DNA of 64,000 nt, taken from positions 1-64,000 of the forward strand of contig NW_020843386.1 in NCBI RefSeq assembly GCF_003704095.1. Direction: 5' to 3'. Positions within the stretch are counted from its first letter, which is position 1, and the number at the start of each line of letters is the position of its first letter. Positions 1 through 13,220 of the stretch are shown one piece after another. Made by a program: the position numbers and the translations under genes. Source of the DNA: Pocillopora damicornis. Its lineage: Eukaryota. The notes under the pieces are model-generated. The model did no database searches. It had not been told where the DNA came from and saw nothing but the letters and a program-made list of their open reading frames with translations.

Positions 1-1077
1 GTTTTACTTAATAGACTTACAGAACAAGGTCACCTAAGTCTTCCCTACTAAGAATGCCAAAAATAATTTTGACTCAATACTTTTCATCATCTTCTTGATG
101 TAAATTTTATCTTATCATCCAGTTTCATTTTCATAATCATGACTNNNNNNNNNNNNNNNNNNNNNNNNNNNNNNNNNNNNNNNNNNNNNNNNNNNNNNNN
201 NNNNNNNNNNNNNNNNNNNNNNNNNNNNNNNNNNNNNNNNNNNNNNNNNNNNNNNNNNNNNNNNNNNNNNNNNNNNNNNNNNNNNNNNNNNNNNNNNNNN
301 NNNNNNNNNNNNNNNNNNNNNNNNNNNNNNNNNNNNNNNNNNNNNNNNNNNNNNNNNNNNNNNNNNNNNNNNNNNNNNNNNNNNNNNNNNNNNNNNNNNN
401 NNNNNNNNNNNNNNNNNNNNNNNNNNNNNNNNNNNNNNNNNNNNNNNNNNNNNNNNNNNNNNNNNNNNNNNNNNNNNNNNNNNNNNNNNNNNNNNNNNNN
501 NNNNNNNNNNNNNNNNNNNNNNNNNNNNNNNNNCTATAACAGAGCTACTGAATGAGTTGTAACAAAAGTCAACTCGGCAAAATCACAGCTTAAAAAAAAC
601 CTGACCAGATATGATATACAAATGCCTTATTTTAACCCTTTAACTCCNNNNNNNNNNTTGTTAATTCTCCCCTGTAGCTGCTACACATTTCCTTGTAAAT
701 TACTTATGAGAACTTGGTGCAAGATCTACAGTAGATAGTAGCTTCTACCTGAAAAGTTTGAATATTCTCATTACCTGTTTGCTGAATAATGTATGGATAT
801 TACTGGGNNNNNNNNNNNNNNNNNNNNNNNNNNNNNNNNAAGGGTTAATAATGTTTTTAAGATCAACCTTTAGAAGATTTTCTCCTTCAGGACAAATGAT
901 AAAATCACCGCTCCTATCACTAATACCCGTACAAAAAAGATCATGCAGATGTCACACAAGCTTTTAAGAGTCATGCATCAAAGGANNNNNNNNNNCCCAA
1001 CAAATACCAGCATTTGTCGTTTGAATTCTTGTCATGGCAATGGTTTTCTTTCAACTTTCTTGTAAAAAAAGGATGTA
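1..1077 (-). pseudogene. Degenerate direct duplicate of the USP2-like 3' UTR and the end of its last exon
   Basis: 1-144 matches about 16501-16640 and 545-1077 matches about 16738-17066. The YILFYEK..stop segment at about 1032-1077 has substitutions and an extra A. Confidence 0.8.
632..848. mobile_element. piggyBac-type MITE with TTAA target-site duplication
   Basis: TTAA-CCCTTTAACTCC...AGGG-TTAA. The paralogous site at 16834-16837 is empty and has a single TTAA. Confidence 0.8.
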
Positions 1078-1430
1078 AATGTGATTGAATTTTTGGCTCC
1101 CTTAATTACAGGGCTCAGCTTATGAATATAGCCTTGAATGACTGGAATTGTGAGAGCAAATATAAACATTATCAAAAGGTAGCATTTATCACTTGAGTAT
1201 ATCTCTAATATTCAGTTGTAATGCATATTTCATAACAAAAATCAATCAATTTGAAAAGAAAAAAANNNNNNNNNNNNNNNNNNNNNNNNNNNNNNNNNNN
1301 NNNNNNNNNNNNNNNNNNNNNNNNNNNNNNNNNNNNNNNNNNNNNNNNNNNNNNNNNNNNNNNNNNNNNNNNNNNNNNNNNNNNNNNNNNNNNNNNNNNN
1401 NNNNNNNNNNNNNNNNNNNNNNNNNNNNNN

Positions 1431-2783
1431 AATTTACAGCTATGAGTTATGGCAAAGTAGTATAAAAGTAACTAACTTTGAATTTAAAGGCTCCTGATCC
1501 ATTGTGAAGAGAGAATATCTGATAATAAATAAAAAGTATTCACCCTCCATTAAATTTCAATCTCTTTTAAACCATGCGCTGCCATTGTTGAGATCAGGAA
1601 ACAATTAATTTCCTTTGGGGAATGAAATTTGTCTTTGAGACACAAAAAAATTCCTTTTGGATAATAATTTTAATAATTAAAAAACATTCAGCAGTGTTAA
1701 CATAGAAACTACTTAACATAACTAACACACTTTCAGCAACACAACTTACTTTAAAACAATAAGATTTCTATTCACCATGCAATATCAANNNNNNNNNNNN
1801 NNNNNNNNNNNNNNNNNNNNNNNNNNNNNNNNNNNNNNNNNNNNNNNNNNNNNNNNNNNNNNNNNNNNNNNNNNNNNNNNNNNNNNNNNNNNNNNNNNNN
1901 NNNNNNNNNNNNNNNNNNNNNNNNNNNNNNNNNNNNNNNNNNNNNNNNNNNNNNNNNNNNNNNNNNNNNNNNNNNNNNNNNNNNNNTCCATAATTCTGGG
2001 TCCGGTTGTTCAAAGGTCGATTAGTGCTAACCCAAGGTTAAATTTTAATCTGGTATCTTTATTCCTTTTTTAAATGCCTTTTTGGGATAGTTTCCTGTGT
2101 CCTTTTTAGAGCATCAATATACTCATATTCTAGACAAAAAGAATTCGACTGGATTTTCTTGTAAAAGCTATCAGATCTGAAACCAGATTTCACACTAACC
2201 CTGTATTATCTNNNNNNNNNNNNNNNNNNNNNNNNNNNNNNNNNNNNNNNNNNNNNNNNNNNNNNNNNNNNNNNNNNNNNNNNNNNNNNNNNNNNNNNNN
2301 NNNNNNNNNNNCAATCAATTTGAAAAGAAAAAAGAGAAAAAGCAAAAGAAAGGAAACAAATTGATTAAAAAGTACACATTTGTCATCTACAGTGAGTTTT
2401 AAATTTCTTACCTGTCAAAGAAGGATCTTGATTTTTACTTGATACACTTTGAGCCTCGTTTTTTCCTGAAAATTGAAGATTCAATAATTTAGATTAATTA
2501 ATAAGGATGCCTGTTTTAATTATATTATAAATTTAGAGCTATGAGTTATGGTAAAGCAGTAGTATAAAAGTGACTTACTTTGAATATGAAGGCTCCTGAT
2601 CCATTGTGAGGAGAGAATATCTGATAATAAATAAAAAGTATTCATCCTCCATTAGATTTGAATCTCTTTTAATTAAAACATGCTGCTATTGTTGAGATCA
2701 GGAAACAAGGAATTTCCTTTGGCAAATGAAACTTGTCTTTTGAGACACAAAACTCTCTTTTGAATAATAATTTTAATAATTAA
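1431..2783 (+). repeat. Local direct duplication (about 1431-1682 versus 2530-2783)
   Basis: Shared aattta.agctatgagttatgg...ggctcctgatccattgtg...ataataattttaataattaaaa; also 1242-1265 versus 2312-2333. Confidence 0.8.
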
Positions 2784-5700
2784 AATGCCTTTTCACACAA
2801 GTAATTCACACCCTAAGGCTACAACAGATGTCTTTGATTTAGACTCTCAGATGTTTCTGCAAACAAGCACCCAGTACATGTATAAGTTCATTTCACCATT
2901 GCGAACTGAATTCCCAGTTTTCTGGGAATTTCTAGGAATTCCCAAAAATTCCCAACTATACAAATAAGCTCTGATTTGAAAAGCTTGGAATTACTGAGAA
3001 TTTATGGGAAAGGAAGACTCCAGTTTTGTGAGGACTTGGAATTCCTAGGAGTTGTCAGCTATACAAACTACCAACAATTTAAGAAGGGTGGAATTCTTGA
3101 GAATTTCTAAGAATTGAATTTGAGGCAATTTAAATGCCCTGAATTTCAAATAAATTCCAAGAAATTCTCAATATCTTGTGTGAAGGTTTTAAAACAAGGA
3201 GTAATTTTAGAGGCTTAAAACTTCACCTCAATAAAAGGTATGCTATACAAAATTTACCAAAAGATACACATACATGTATATGTATGTAACTTAAAAATCA
3301 TGAGATTTATTATTCAAATGTAAATCTTTACATTAATATGGATTTTCTCATAAAGCAGCAGTCAATTGTGTTAAATGCAAATTGCCAATTAATCCAATGT
3401 ACTCATATCTATGATTTGCTTTCTAACCTCAAAAGACTCTAGGATTCCATGATCATAAAAGTTTTTAATTGCAATGCAAAATGTCTTATGTCCACAGATG
3501 TGCCAAAATCATCAAACATTCATCAGCTGTTCCTTGGTACACAACTTCCACATGTGTAACAATAATTATATTGCTATCTACACTCAAAGAACTTTGTTAG
3601 ATATGAATATAAGTTACTTCCCTAATCAACATTACTGGTTCCCTTTGTTAGAGAACCTTGGACATGCAAGCTCAGTTGCCTCAAACACTGTCAAGAGACT
3701 TTTTGNNNNNNNNNNNNNNNNNNNNNNNNNNNNNNNNNNNNNNNNNNNNNNNNNNNNNNNNNNNNNNNNNNNNNNNNNNNNNNNNNNNNNNNNNNNNNNN
3801 NNNNNNNNNNNNNNNNNNNNNNNNNNNNNNNNNNNNNNNNNNNNNNNNNNNNNNNNNNNNNNNNNNNNNNNNNNNNNNNNNNNNNNNNNNNNNNNNNNNN
3901 NNNNNNNNNNNNNNNNNNNNNNNNNNNNNNNNNNNNNNNNNNNNNNNNNNNNNNTTTGAGAAATAACACCTTTTAAATGACTTCTTCATTTTACTTTATT
4001 TGAAACTCTGGTCTGAATATATTTTTAAAACAAGACTTGTTAGTAGTGAGAAGTACAAACCAAGTTTCTTTTCATAACTTAATTTCTTAAATGTCACAAT
4101 CACTGGATCTCCTAAAAATATTATTTCTTTTTATTTTTGGTGCAAAATATATTAAGTCCTTCCCTGTATTCAAGTGAAAAGGGTAAGTTACACTTCATTG
4201 ATAACAGCTCTAAAGTTTATTTGTTGTTCTTCTCTGAGTCAGCTGCCTACAAAATTGTTTTATACTATGTAGGTCTGGTATAAAATTTTACTTGTGGTAT
4301 AAAAATTTTACTTGTGGTATAAAATGACAACCTTGTGTCTTCGACTTTGAGTGTTTTCTTGTGATTGTTTGGGCAATAGATGTAGATGATATTTGTGAAG
4401 GATACAATTGGCTTGTCAAAGAGCACAAACGAATTGGACAGTATACTTTTATTGTGTTGTTGCTATCTCAGGTTATTGTTGATCATTTGAAGTACTCACT
4501 CTCCTGTGAGTGTTTTTCAGAGTTTCAACTGTACTGCTAGTGCAATTTACTTCCAATTTTAGCAAGAAATTAAAGTTTACATAAGTTTATGTTTTGTTTC
4601 AATGTTTTGATGCGAATCCCAACCAGCAGGGCTGATTACCAAAACAAAAAGGGTCAATGTCGAGTAAAGAAAAGTAAGACAATGCTAGTACCAGAGATAT
4701 GGTTGTTACACCAAAGAGCTTGTTGGAAATGGAGGAATAATTATGGATTTTAATGGAGTAAGGAAAAGTCTTTTCAATCATTAGTCTTAGAAATATCATC
4801 AGATATGATCAATGATGTAGAGAAACTGTGAATTAAAACAAGTACTAGTTTGGGCTTCCAGTTGTAATATGAATAGTTAAATAAATCAATTATTTCCCAA
4901 TCAAAATCATATTCATTTTATCATTTCAATTGCACAACAAAAAATTGTATACACTCTTTGCAACCTTATTCTCTAAACCCTTAAATTACAAGAGTTATGT
5001 GACTATTCTATGGTCTGATAAGACTCTTATTACATGCTAAACAACAAAGAACCAGTAGGGCTGATATTTAACAGTGAAGATAACAAACAAAATATTTCCA
5101 AATCTTTTTTTTCCTGGGAACAAGACTAAATGAGGTCAGATTAAACTAATGTGGGGAGGTTCGTAGATCTCTTTAGGAAAAAAGATGAATTACATCTATC
5201 AGATTTTAGAGAAATGAGACATATCTCAAAAGGGGACTTTGACATAGTATATTCTGTGGTAATGGGCATCAGCTTGGATGCCTATTTAAGGAAATTTATA
5301 GTTTTCAAGTCAGGGGTTTAGCTGTGCCAATTTTATGGCAGACAAATCATATCTCAGACACTTAAGAAATTTTATAGCTCTCACCGGAAGCTCAAACACT
5401 CCTAGGGAACATAACAATATTTCATCTGATAACTCTTCATATTTTTTTCCAATGAAATTTGGACAAAACTTTCAAAGACTTTATTGGTAATTTTACAGTT
5501 GCATGTAGCATAGGCTAATCAAGGCAAGTTTCCTAGAGAGAACAAAAGATTGATAATTTAAGCTTCTGGAACTAATGACAATCTCTTGAATACCAGCTTG
5601 CCACAGTAAATGTCGCATCTATCCATTCTGGCAAAAGTATCAACTATGTGTAGTGGGGTCACTTTATATCTTCCTAAACAGCCGAGTACATACAAGTTAA

Positions 5701-8249
5701 TTCCTATCATCAGTCTCAAATAATAAAAAAAATTGAAGGATCAAGACATCTCTGACAAAGTTAAATGCAAGTCAAACTGGTTTGAAGACACTTTGGCCTT
5801 AAATTCGTTTTCAAATATGACAGAAATACTGTAATTAACATTCTAAAGAAACAAGGAGTTCCAGCCCCTTGAGTAATTATCCTATTGTTGTATCGCTCGT
5901 CTCATATTTTAAGAACCAGAGAAAGTTACATAAATTCTGAACTACATTCTATTATCGTAACGAATATCTCACGATCATCCCCACATACAACTTCGTGATT
6001 CATAGAAGTAAGACATTAACATCTTAAGACTAACCTTGAAGATTTGTAGTCTCATATGCACATCTCGATTGTCAGCAAATCAAATCTCAAACTTCAAGTC
6101 TTCGGCCTTTTTTTCCGTTTTGTTCGCACTTTAATTATTAAAATAACCTCGAGTCATCCGCAGAGTTTGAAATGGTGGTAAACTTGACATACTATTTCAT
6201 CCCTCTCCGAAAAACATTTCAGAACAGTTGTAAATCGCCCAGGAAAAGACCGCTGAAAATATCCAAGAAAATAGACGCAAACGCGCATGCGTAATGTAAT
6301 GGACGCGCTGTGCCACCGCCACACCTCTTCCAGCGAGAGAACTATTATTATCTTACGGTCCACTATCTCACTTGTGGGACTAGCAAAAACTGTGACTGAT
6401 TTCTTCAGATACCACGCACCCGAGGTATGTTCTAACGTGTGTTGCCTCTATTATAACGCATAATTTAGGTTATGTTGATTTTCTTGGATTTTCAGGAAAA
6501 TAGGCCCGAATATTCGTCAGATATTTACGCACAAAGATATAACGTAATAATATTCCGAAATTCGAAATATTTTCATCGAAATCTTTCTTGCGTATGTCAT
6601 TACCTCTACTCGAAAAGCCTCACACACCTTAGCCTTACTGGGATATCTATATTTTGTGGTTTCTTTAAAAGTAGCGCCCGAAAGACGATTTTCCGGAAGG
6701 CACCCTATTTTCTTGAGAGCTACCATCAAAAATGCAAATCATAACCAATTGCCGAAGCGTACCTTTTACAATGAAATACTTGTCTCGACTCGTCATTCAT
6801 AACTTTAAGTAACATAACCGCTCATAAGCCNNNNNNNNNNTCCAACTATTGTCGTAATTTCCACCTTTATTTAGCAGTCACCCCCATTAGGTGGTCGTGG
6901 TCAACCTTGCCTCTGTCTCAAAATCAGTACTTGTGTNNNNNNNNNNNNNNNNNNNNNNNNNNNNNNNNNNNNNNNNNNNNNNNNNNNNNNCAAGTAAAGT
7001 TTTATCCATGTTTTTCTTCCAAAATTTATACTATTAGTATTTTTTAGCAAGTTTTTATACATAAGTGGTCAGGTATGGCCTTCGTTATTGTTTATTATAT
7101 AACTCATTTCCAATGAAACTTGTAATAAACAATCAAACTGTGTTAAGAGTGTGTATGTGAAATGAAGATCAGCGTAAGCTGCAGCTTTTGTTTCCTTTGG
7201 TGATAGGCTGTTACCATCGTCCTCAAAATAAATACCAATTCAGAAATGTTTTGAACTTCAAATGTGCGCCGCCTCGCAGAAAAAGTCACTAGCAGGTCTG
7301 GACAGCACACAGACGGAGGGTGTCAATGCAGTCGCCTACCTGGAGGCGATCACTGATTTTCTGAGGAAAAATGATGAGAATGATGACGATGTATCTATAT
7401 CTGTNNNNNNNNNNNNNNNNNNNNNNNNNNNNNNNNNNNNNNNNNNNNNNNNNNNNNNNNNNNNNNNNNNNNNNNNNNNNNNNNNNNNNNNNNNNNNNNN
7501 NNNNNNNNCTCACCTTCTCTGACTATGAAGCCATCTTTATATTCTAACGCCCGCCTCATTCAAAACTTGCATATGCTCAAAAGCTTCGACTGTTTTCTTT
7601 GGTGTGCCTGTACAATCAGTNNNNNNNNNNNNNNNNNNNNNNNNNNNNNNNNNNNNNNNNNNNNNNNNNNNNNNNNNNNNNNNNNNNNNNNNNNNNNNNN
7701 NNNNNNNNNNNNNNNNNNNNTGATAAGCACCCCCCTTGTTTAAGCACCCTCCTTCAAATAAGCACCCCTCTTTTAGGCAAAATTTTAAATGAGCACCAAG
7801 GTACTTATTCAAGGATATAGGGTATTTATGCTTCATGTGTATGCTAGATTTGTTCAAGCAAGTACATATCTGAAGTAATGATTAAAGGCATGTGTGCTAC
7901 ACTGCACCTGAGTGATTAAAATATCTCATGAGAGAGAAGAAAACATTGATATTAACAATTATTGTTCCTTAACCAATCGTAATTTATCACAGATGATATC
8001 TAACTTACTTTCAAAGATGGTTTAGGATCTGGAAGAAAATGGATCATTTCTCGCATTTTCTCAAAGAGTACTTGTGCTGAAACAAAATATATAAAAAGGA
8101 AAACTTATGCCACAAATATGACTAAATGAATAAAAACTTTTCTTTTAAACAAATTATTTTTTTCTGTAACAAATATCTGAAATCATGGGTTTTCACTTTG
8201 TATAATAGTTATTGAGGATTTGGATGACAATTAAAATTCTACAGATACC

Positions 8250-8367
8250 TTTGAGTAAAACTTTTAGCCAAGGTAACTTCTGAGTAAAACTTTTGGCCAA
8301 GGTAACTTTTGAGTAAAACTCTTGGCCAAGGTAACTTTTGAGTAAAACTTTTGGCCAAGGTAACTTT
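8250..8367 (+). repeat. 29-bp minisatellite, 4 copies
   Basis: tgagtaaaacttttggccaaggtaacttt starting at 8252, 8281, 8310 and 8339. Confidence 0.9.
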
Positions 8368-8499
8368 GTTAAAGCAGGATGAGTTATAATAAGCCCTGGC
8401 TGATTATTTCAGGGAACTCTAAACAGCATTTTTATCCTTGCAGTATGCAGGAAGTTTGTCATCATGGAGCAAGTTGACAGCCTAGCCTGCCACAAGTCT

Positions 8500-8645
8500 C
8501 CTACAACTCACTGTGGTAGAGCACGCAAAATACTAGTCCGAAGGTCATAGATTTGACTTCTATTGTGAGCACTTAAGAGTTCCTTTTCTCCAAGGATGCC
8601 TGTGTCACTCACTGAATATGGTCTTCTTTCATCTTCTTTCTATTT
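8500..8645 (+). mobile_element. Degenerate tRNA-derived SINE
   Basis: A-box-like tggtagagc and B-box-like gatttgacttc followed by a non-tRNA tail (tgcctgtgtcactcactgaat). Confidence 0.5.
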
Positions 8646-9384
8646 CAAGATTTAACTCTTGTTTCCCCAAAACAGCTTTGAAAAATAACTTAGAGATGAA
8701 AATGTCCACATTATCTAAAGAATTCAAAACTATGTAAAAACCGTTCTATTCGTTAAAATAGTTGATGAATACGTTGGGAATTAAACATACGTAGCCTGCA
8801 GATGTACCTTTCGGTTCAAATTTGTTTTGATATTCCACTTTGTGGCCTGCATCGATCTTTCCCATTGTTGTCTGAAATCGAAAAACAGATTTATACCAAA
8901 ATTGTTATCTGTTTATGAAAATCCTTGCCACTCGAGAATTCAATACATGATGGAAAATCGATTAATGCATCGATAATGACCAGGGCGAGAGGCTAAAAAC
9001 TACCTTTGACTTCGCCAACTAAGACAAACAAAAGAAAAGTGAAATAAACTAAACAAGATAAAAACGATGGAAATGTTCCTTACAGCGTACTCCTTCTTGC
9101 AAAGTGGCTCCAGTTGGGAACACAAAGTCAGAACTTCAATAGCAACATCGTCTGGAGAAAACTGAACCTTCCAGAGTGGCTCATGAAGGCGGACCTCAAC
9201 TGCAGGATGCGAGGAAAACAGGTGAATTTGCTTGCCTGGTTAATATTTACAATCTGGCGAGGACTTCGTAATAGAAGGACAACACGCACAAACCTTTGAA
9301 TGAAGGATCGTAGGCAAGAGGTGCACATAATGGCCCAGGAAGAAGGGCTCGGTCTAAATTCATTTTTCGAATTTCAAGCCTTTG

Positions 9385-12300
9385 CAATGTTGAATTATCT
9401 GCGCATGAAATCTGGAAAGAAACTTCCTGCAAAGGACGCCATGACAGCTGTTCAGATCGATACTTCATATAGGATTCATTAATCATCGCACGTGCGGTGG
9501 TATTCTTGCGATGCGCCGCTGACCAACATTAGTTAGGAGGGGGAGAAAAGGGGGAAGGGTGGGGCAGGCAATGGGAAGAGCTGGAGGGGGAGGTAGGGGG
9601 GGTCCTGCTTTATTGAAAGGTGATTTCATCGTTAAAGGTCTGAATGAAAAACGAAACAAATCCAACAAACGCACAGATGTTGGGCTAACTGGTGAACCAA
9701 TGGGTTCAGCAGCTTAAAACATGGAGTTACCCGGCTGAGTTTAGAGGGGAACTAATAAATTGACAGGGTCTATAGAGGAAGACGGTTAGAGGAGTGGGTG
9801 GGGAAGAACAGGACTGTTGGTAATTAAACAGATAAGTAGATTAATCTCAATCATCTCTTATCTGTTCCAGGCAGTTGGACAGTTAAAATGGATACTGAAA
9901 TAGTTCACAGAAAAACGAAGCAAAAAAGAGGAAAGTTTGGTCAGGTTGAAAAAAAGGGGATTTAAGTTGCATAATGTTCCTTCATTTATTTGATCTGCCG
10001 CTAGTGTGGCACTGTTAATTTGTATATTCCTTTTGGATAACCATACATCTGGATTAGGTCAAGTCATCTCATGAATTAAACTTAACCTTTAAATCAACCA
10101 CAAAGATAGTTTTGAGCTGATTTACAAAAGTTTCCCAAAATTTCGACTTGCAGTATGCAGTCAAGATGTTGCAGTCCACTAAACATACCACAACAAGAAT
10201 ATTTCAGCGTGCAATAATTTAATCAAAATTGAAGAAACTTTATTCCTATCACTCTCAAATAAAATTCCTGCACTTAAATCTCATAAATAATACATATTTT
10301 CCTGTACAATTTACAGCTTGGATAAACTATCTCTAGACTAAGGAAACCTCTCTACTTGACTATATACCATTCCCTCTTCCGGAAAAATCTCTATATACAT
10401 TCAAAAAGATACCTTTTCAAACAAAGTATAGGAAATGGGCATAAAACCCAACTATCAAGTGTAAAAATGGTTCTTTTTTTTCAAGAGGATTGTGGCATAT
10501 TCAAAACCAAAAATTCACTTATCAATTTCATTCTTGACCCCTTGGGACACTGAGATAAACTGATTTAAAACCATCTTGAGATTTTCATCAAATTTGAAAA
10601 AAAGTTGTTGAAAGAGTTCTAAAAAGGAGATAATTACAGCGTTATGTGATACTTTGTGCAAACTGACCCAATGCTTAACATTTAAGCTCCCAAGAGTGAC
10701 CAAGACAGTATTTCTCCTTATAATAACAACACAGTATCAAACAGACAAGTGATGAGAATAAAGAAACATATCAATTACAGGAAAATCCATGGATCAAATA
10801 CCAACTTCTCCTACTTCAAAGGATATAGTACCAACGTATATGTAGTGGGGTCACATCACATCTCCCTAAACAGCACAGTACATAAAAGTTATTTCCTAAC
10901 ATCGGTCTCAAAAAATTTAAGGATCAAGACATTTCTGACAAAGTTAAATGCAAGTCAAACTGGTTTGAAGGCATTTTAACCTGAAATTCGTTTTCAAATA
11001 GAAAGACAGAAATACCGTAATTAACATTTTAAAGAAACAAGGAGTTCCAGCCCCTTGAGTAATTATTCAATTGTTGTATCAATCGTCTCATACTTTATGA
11101 ACCAGAGAAAGTTTGATAATTTCAATCTGCGAGTTTCATAATACATTTCGACTCAAAATTCACTTCGCATGGCAGAAGTATTGTACTGAAATAAACAAGA
11201 CAGAATAAAGCTGACGCCATTCGTTTTGAATAACACATGAACATGAAGAACATGAAACGGCACCAGTTTAAACTCATGAGACAAAGCCCACGTATTTATT
11301 TGAGGTAAATGAACTGGTTGGACCGAAAGCGAAATAAATAAACAATGAACTGACAGTGGTGAGGGATTTGGGGGCCATGTGATAAACAAGTTTTACCGAA
11401 GTTTGTCCTCTAGTCAGCCCTTCAAGCCCAAAGAGGCAATTAAAAAAATACTCACCAAAACACAAAAATCGGGGATGGTTGAGGCAAGACTTTAACCGTT
11501 GTTAAGATACACGCCTACATACCATGTATAACAGACTTGGAGAGCAAAAAGGCCAAAGACAGTTGTGAGCCATGACTTGGGAAATCCACCTCAACCTCCC
11601 GAAACCGATTTCGCCGAAGGCTGTTGTAAGAGCAACTCAATCCTGAAGCTGGAACATTTTTTAAAGCCTTGTGTGACTACAAAGAGAAAGAAAAGACAAT
11701 GTTATTTGAAGCGATTCGAAGCTTGGGGGCCACCTCCAACTTTACACAATTTTATTTCAAAGTTGCAGTAAAATAAGATCAAATTCTGAACTACCTTCTA
11801 TTATCGTAACGAATATCTCACGATCATCCCCACATACAACTTCNNNNNNNNNNNNNNNNNNNNNNNNNNNNNNNNNNNNNNNNNNNNNNNNNNNNNNNNN
11901 NNNNNNNNNNNNNNNNNNNNNNNNNNNNNNNNNNNNNNNNNNNTTTTTTTATTCTCATCACTTTTCTGCTTGATACTGTGTTGTCACTCTAAGGAGAAAT
12001 TCTGTCTTGGTCAGTCTTGGGAGCTAAAATGTGAAGCATTGGGTCAGTTTGCACGAAGTATCACATAACGCTGTCGTTATCTCCTTTTTAGGTCTCTTTC
12101 AACAACTTTTTTTCAAATTTGATGAAAATCTCAAGATGGTTTTAAATCAGTTTATCTCAGTGTCCCAAGGGGTCAAGAATGAAATTGATAAGTGAATTTT
12201 TGGTTTTGAATATGCCACAATCCTCTTGAAAAAAAAAAAGCACCATTTTTACAATCCAAGCTATAAATTGTACAGGAAAATATATATTATTTATGAGATT

Positions 12301-13220
12301 TGAGTGCAGGAATTTTGTAATATATTTATTTGAGAGTGATAGGAATAAAGTTTCTTCAATTTTGATTAAATTATTGCACGTAGAAATATTCTTGTTGTAG
12401 TATGTTTAGTGGACTGCAACATCTCGACTGCATACTGCAAGTCGAAATTTTGGGAAACTCATATAAATCAGCTCAAAACTATCTTTGTTGTTGATTTAAA
12501 GGTTAAATTAAATTCATGAGATAACTTGACCTGATTCAGACATATGGTTATCCCAAAGGAATGCACAAATAAATGGCGCAACACTAGCGGCAGATCAAAT
12601 AAAGGAAGGAAAATTATGCAAACTAAATCCTCTTTTTTCAATGCGACCAAACTTTCCTCCTTCTTTTCGCTTCTTCGTTTTACTGCTAACTATTNNNNNN
12701 NNNNNNNNNNNNNNNNNNNNNNNNNNNNNNNNNNNNNNNNNNNNNNNNNNNNNNNNNNNNNNNNNNNNNNNNNNNNNNNNNNNNNNNNNNNNNNNNNNNN
12801 NNNNNNNNNNNNNNNNNNNNNNNNNNNNNNNNNNNNNNNNNNNNNNNNNNNNNNNNNNNNNNNNNNNNNNNNNNNNNNNNNNNNNNNNNNNNNNNNNNNN
12901 NNNNNNNNNNNNNNNNNNNNNNNNNNNNNNNNNNNNNNNNNNNNNNNNNNNNNNNNNNNNNNNNNNNNNNNNNNNNNNNNNNNNNNNNNNNNNNNNNNNN
13001 NNNNNNNNNNNNNNNNNNNNNNNNNNNNNNNNNNNNNNNNNNNNNNNNNNNNNNNNNNNNNNNNNNNNNNNNNNNNNNNNNGGTCAGCGGCGCATCGCAA
13101 GAATACCACCGCACGTGCGATGATTTGTGAATCCTATACGAACTATCAATCTGGACAGCTGTCATGGCGTCCTTTGCAGGAAGTTTCTTTTCAGATTTCA
13201 TGCGCAGATAATCCAACATT
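9385..13220. repeat. Large imperfect inverted repeat (arms about 9385-10770 and 11944-13220)
   Basis: 9385-9524 is the reverse complement of 13082-13220, and 9900-10770 of 11944-12694; the rest of the right arm is N. Confidence 0.85.

Noticed and set aside
2900-3170. GGGAATTTC/GGAATTCCC motifs resembling kappaB sites
   Set aside because: Part of an internally repetitive gaatt-rich element far from any supported gene start.
7262-7404. ORF fragment CAASQKKSLAGLD...
   Set aside because: Possibly a decayed transposon-derived coding fragment, but it is short, N-truncated and cannot be assigned without a search.
8250-8367. Regular repeats as a CRISPR array (also 45047-45540 and 55738-56141)
   Set aside because: Head-to-tail minisatellites without unique spacers, in a eukaryotic genome with no cas genes.
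9086-9221. Exon-like segment with acceptor and donor
   Set aside because: No recognisable protein; joining it to the 6299-6424 exon hits a stop quickly.
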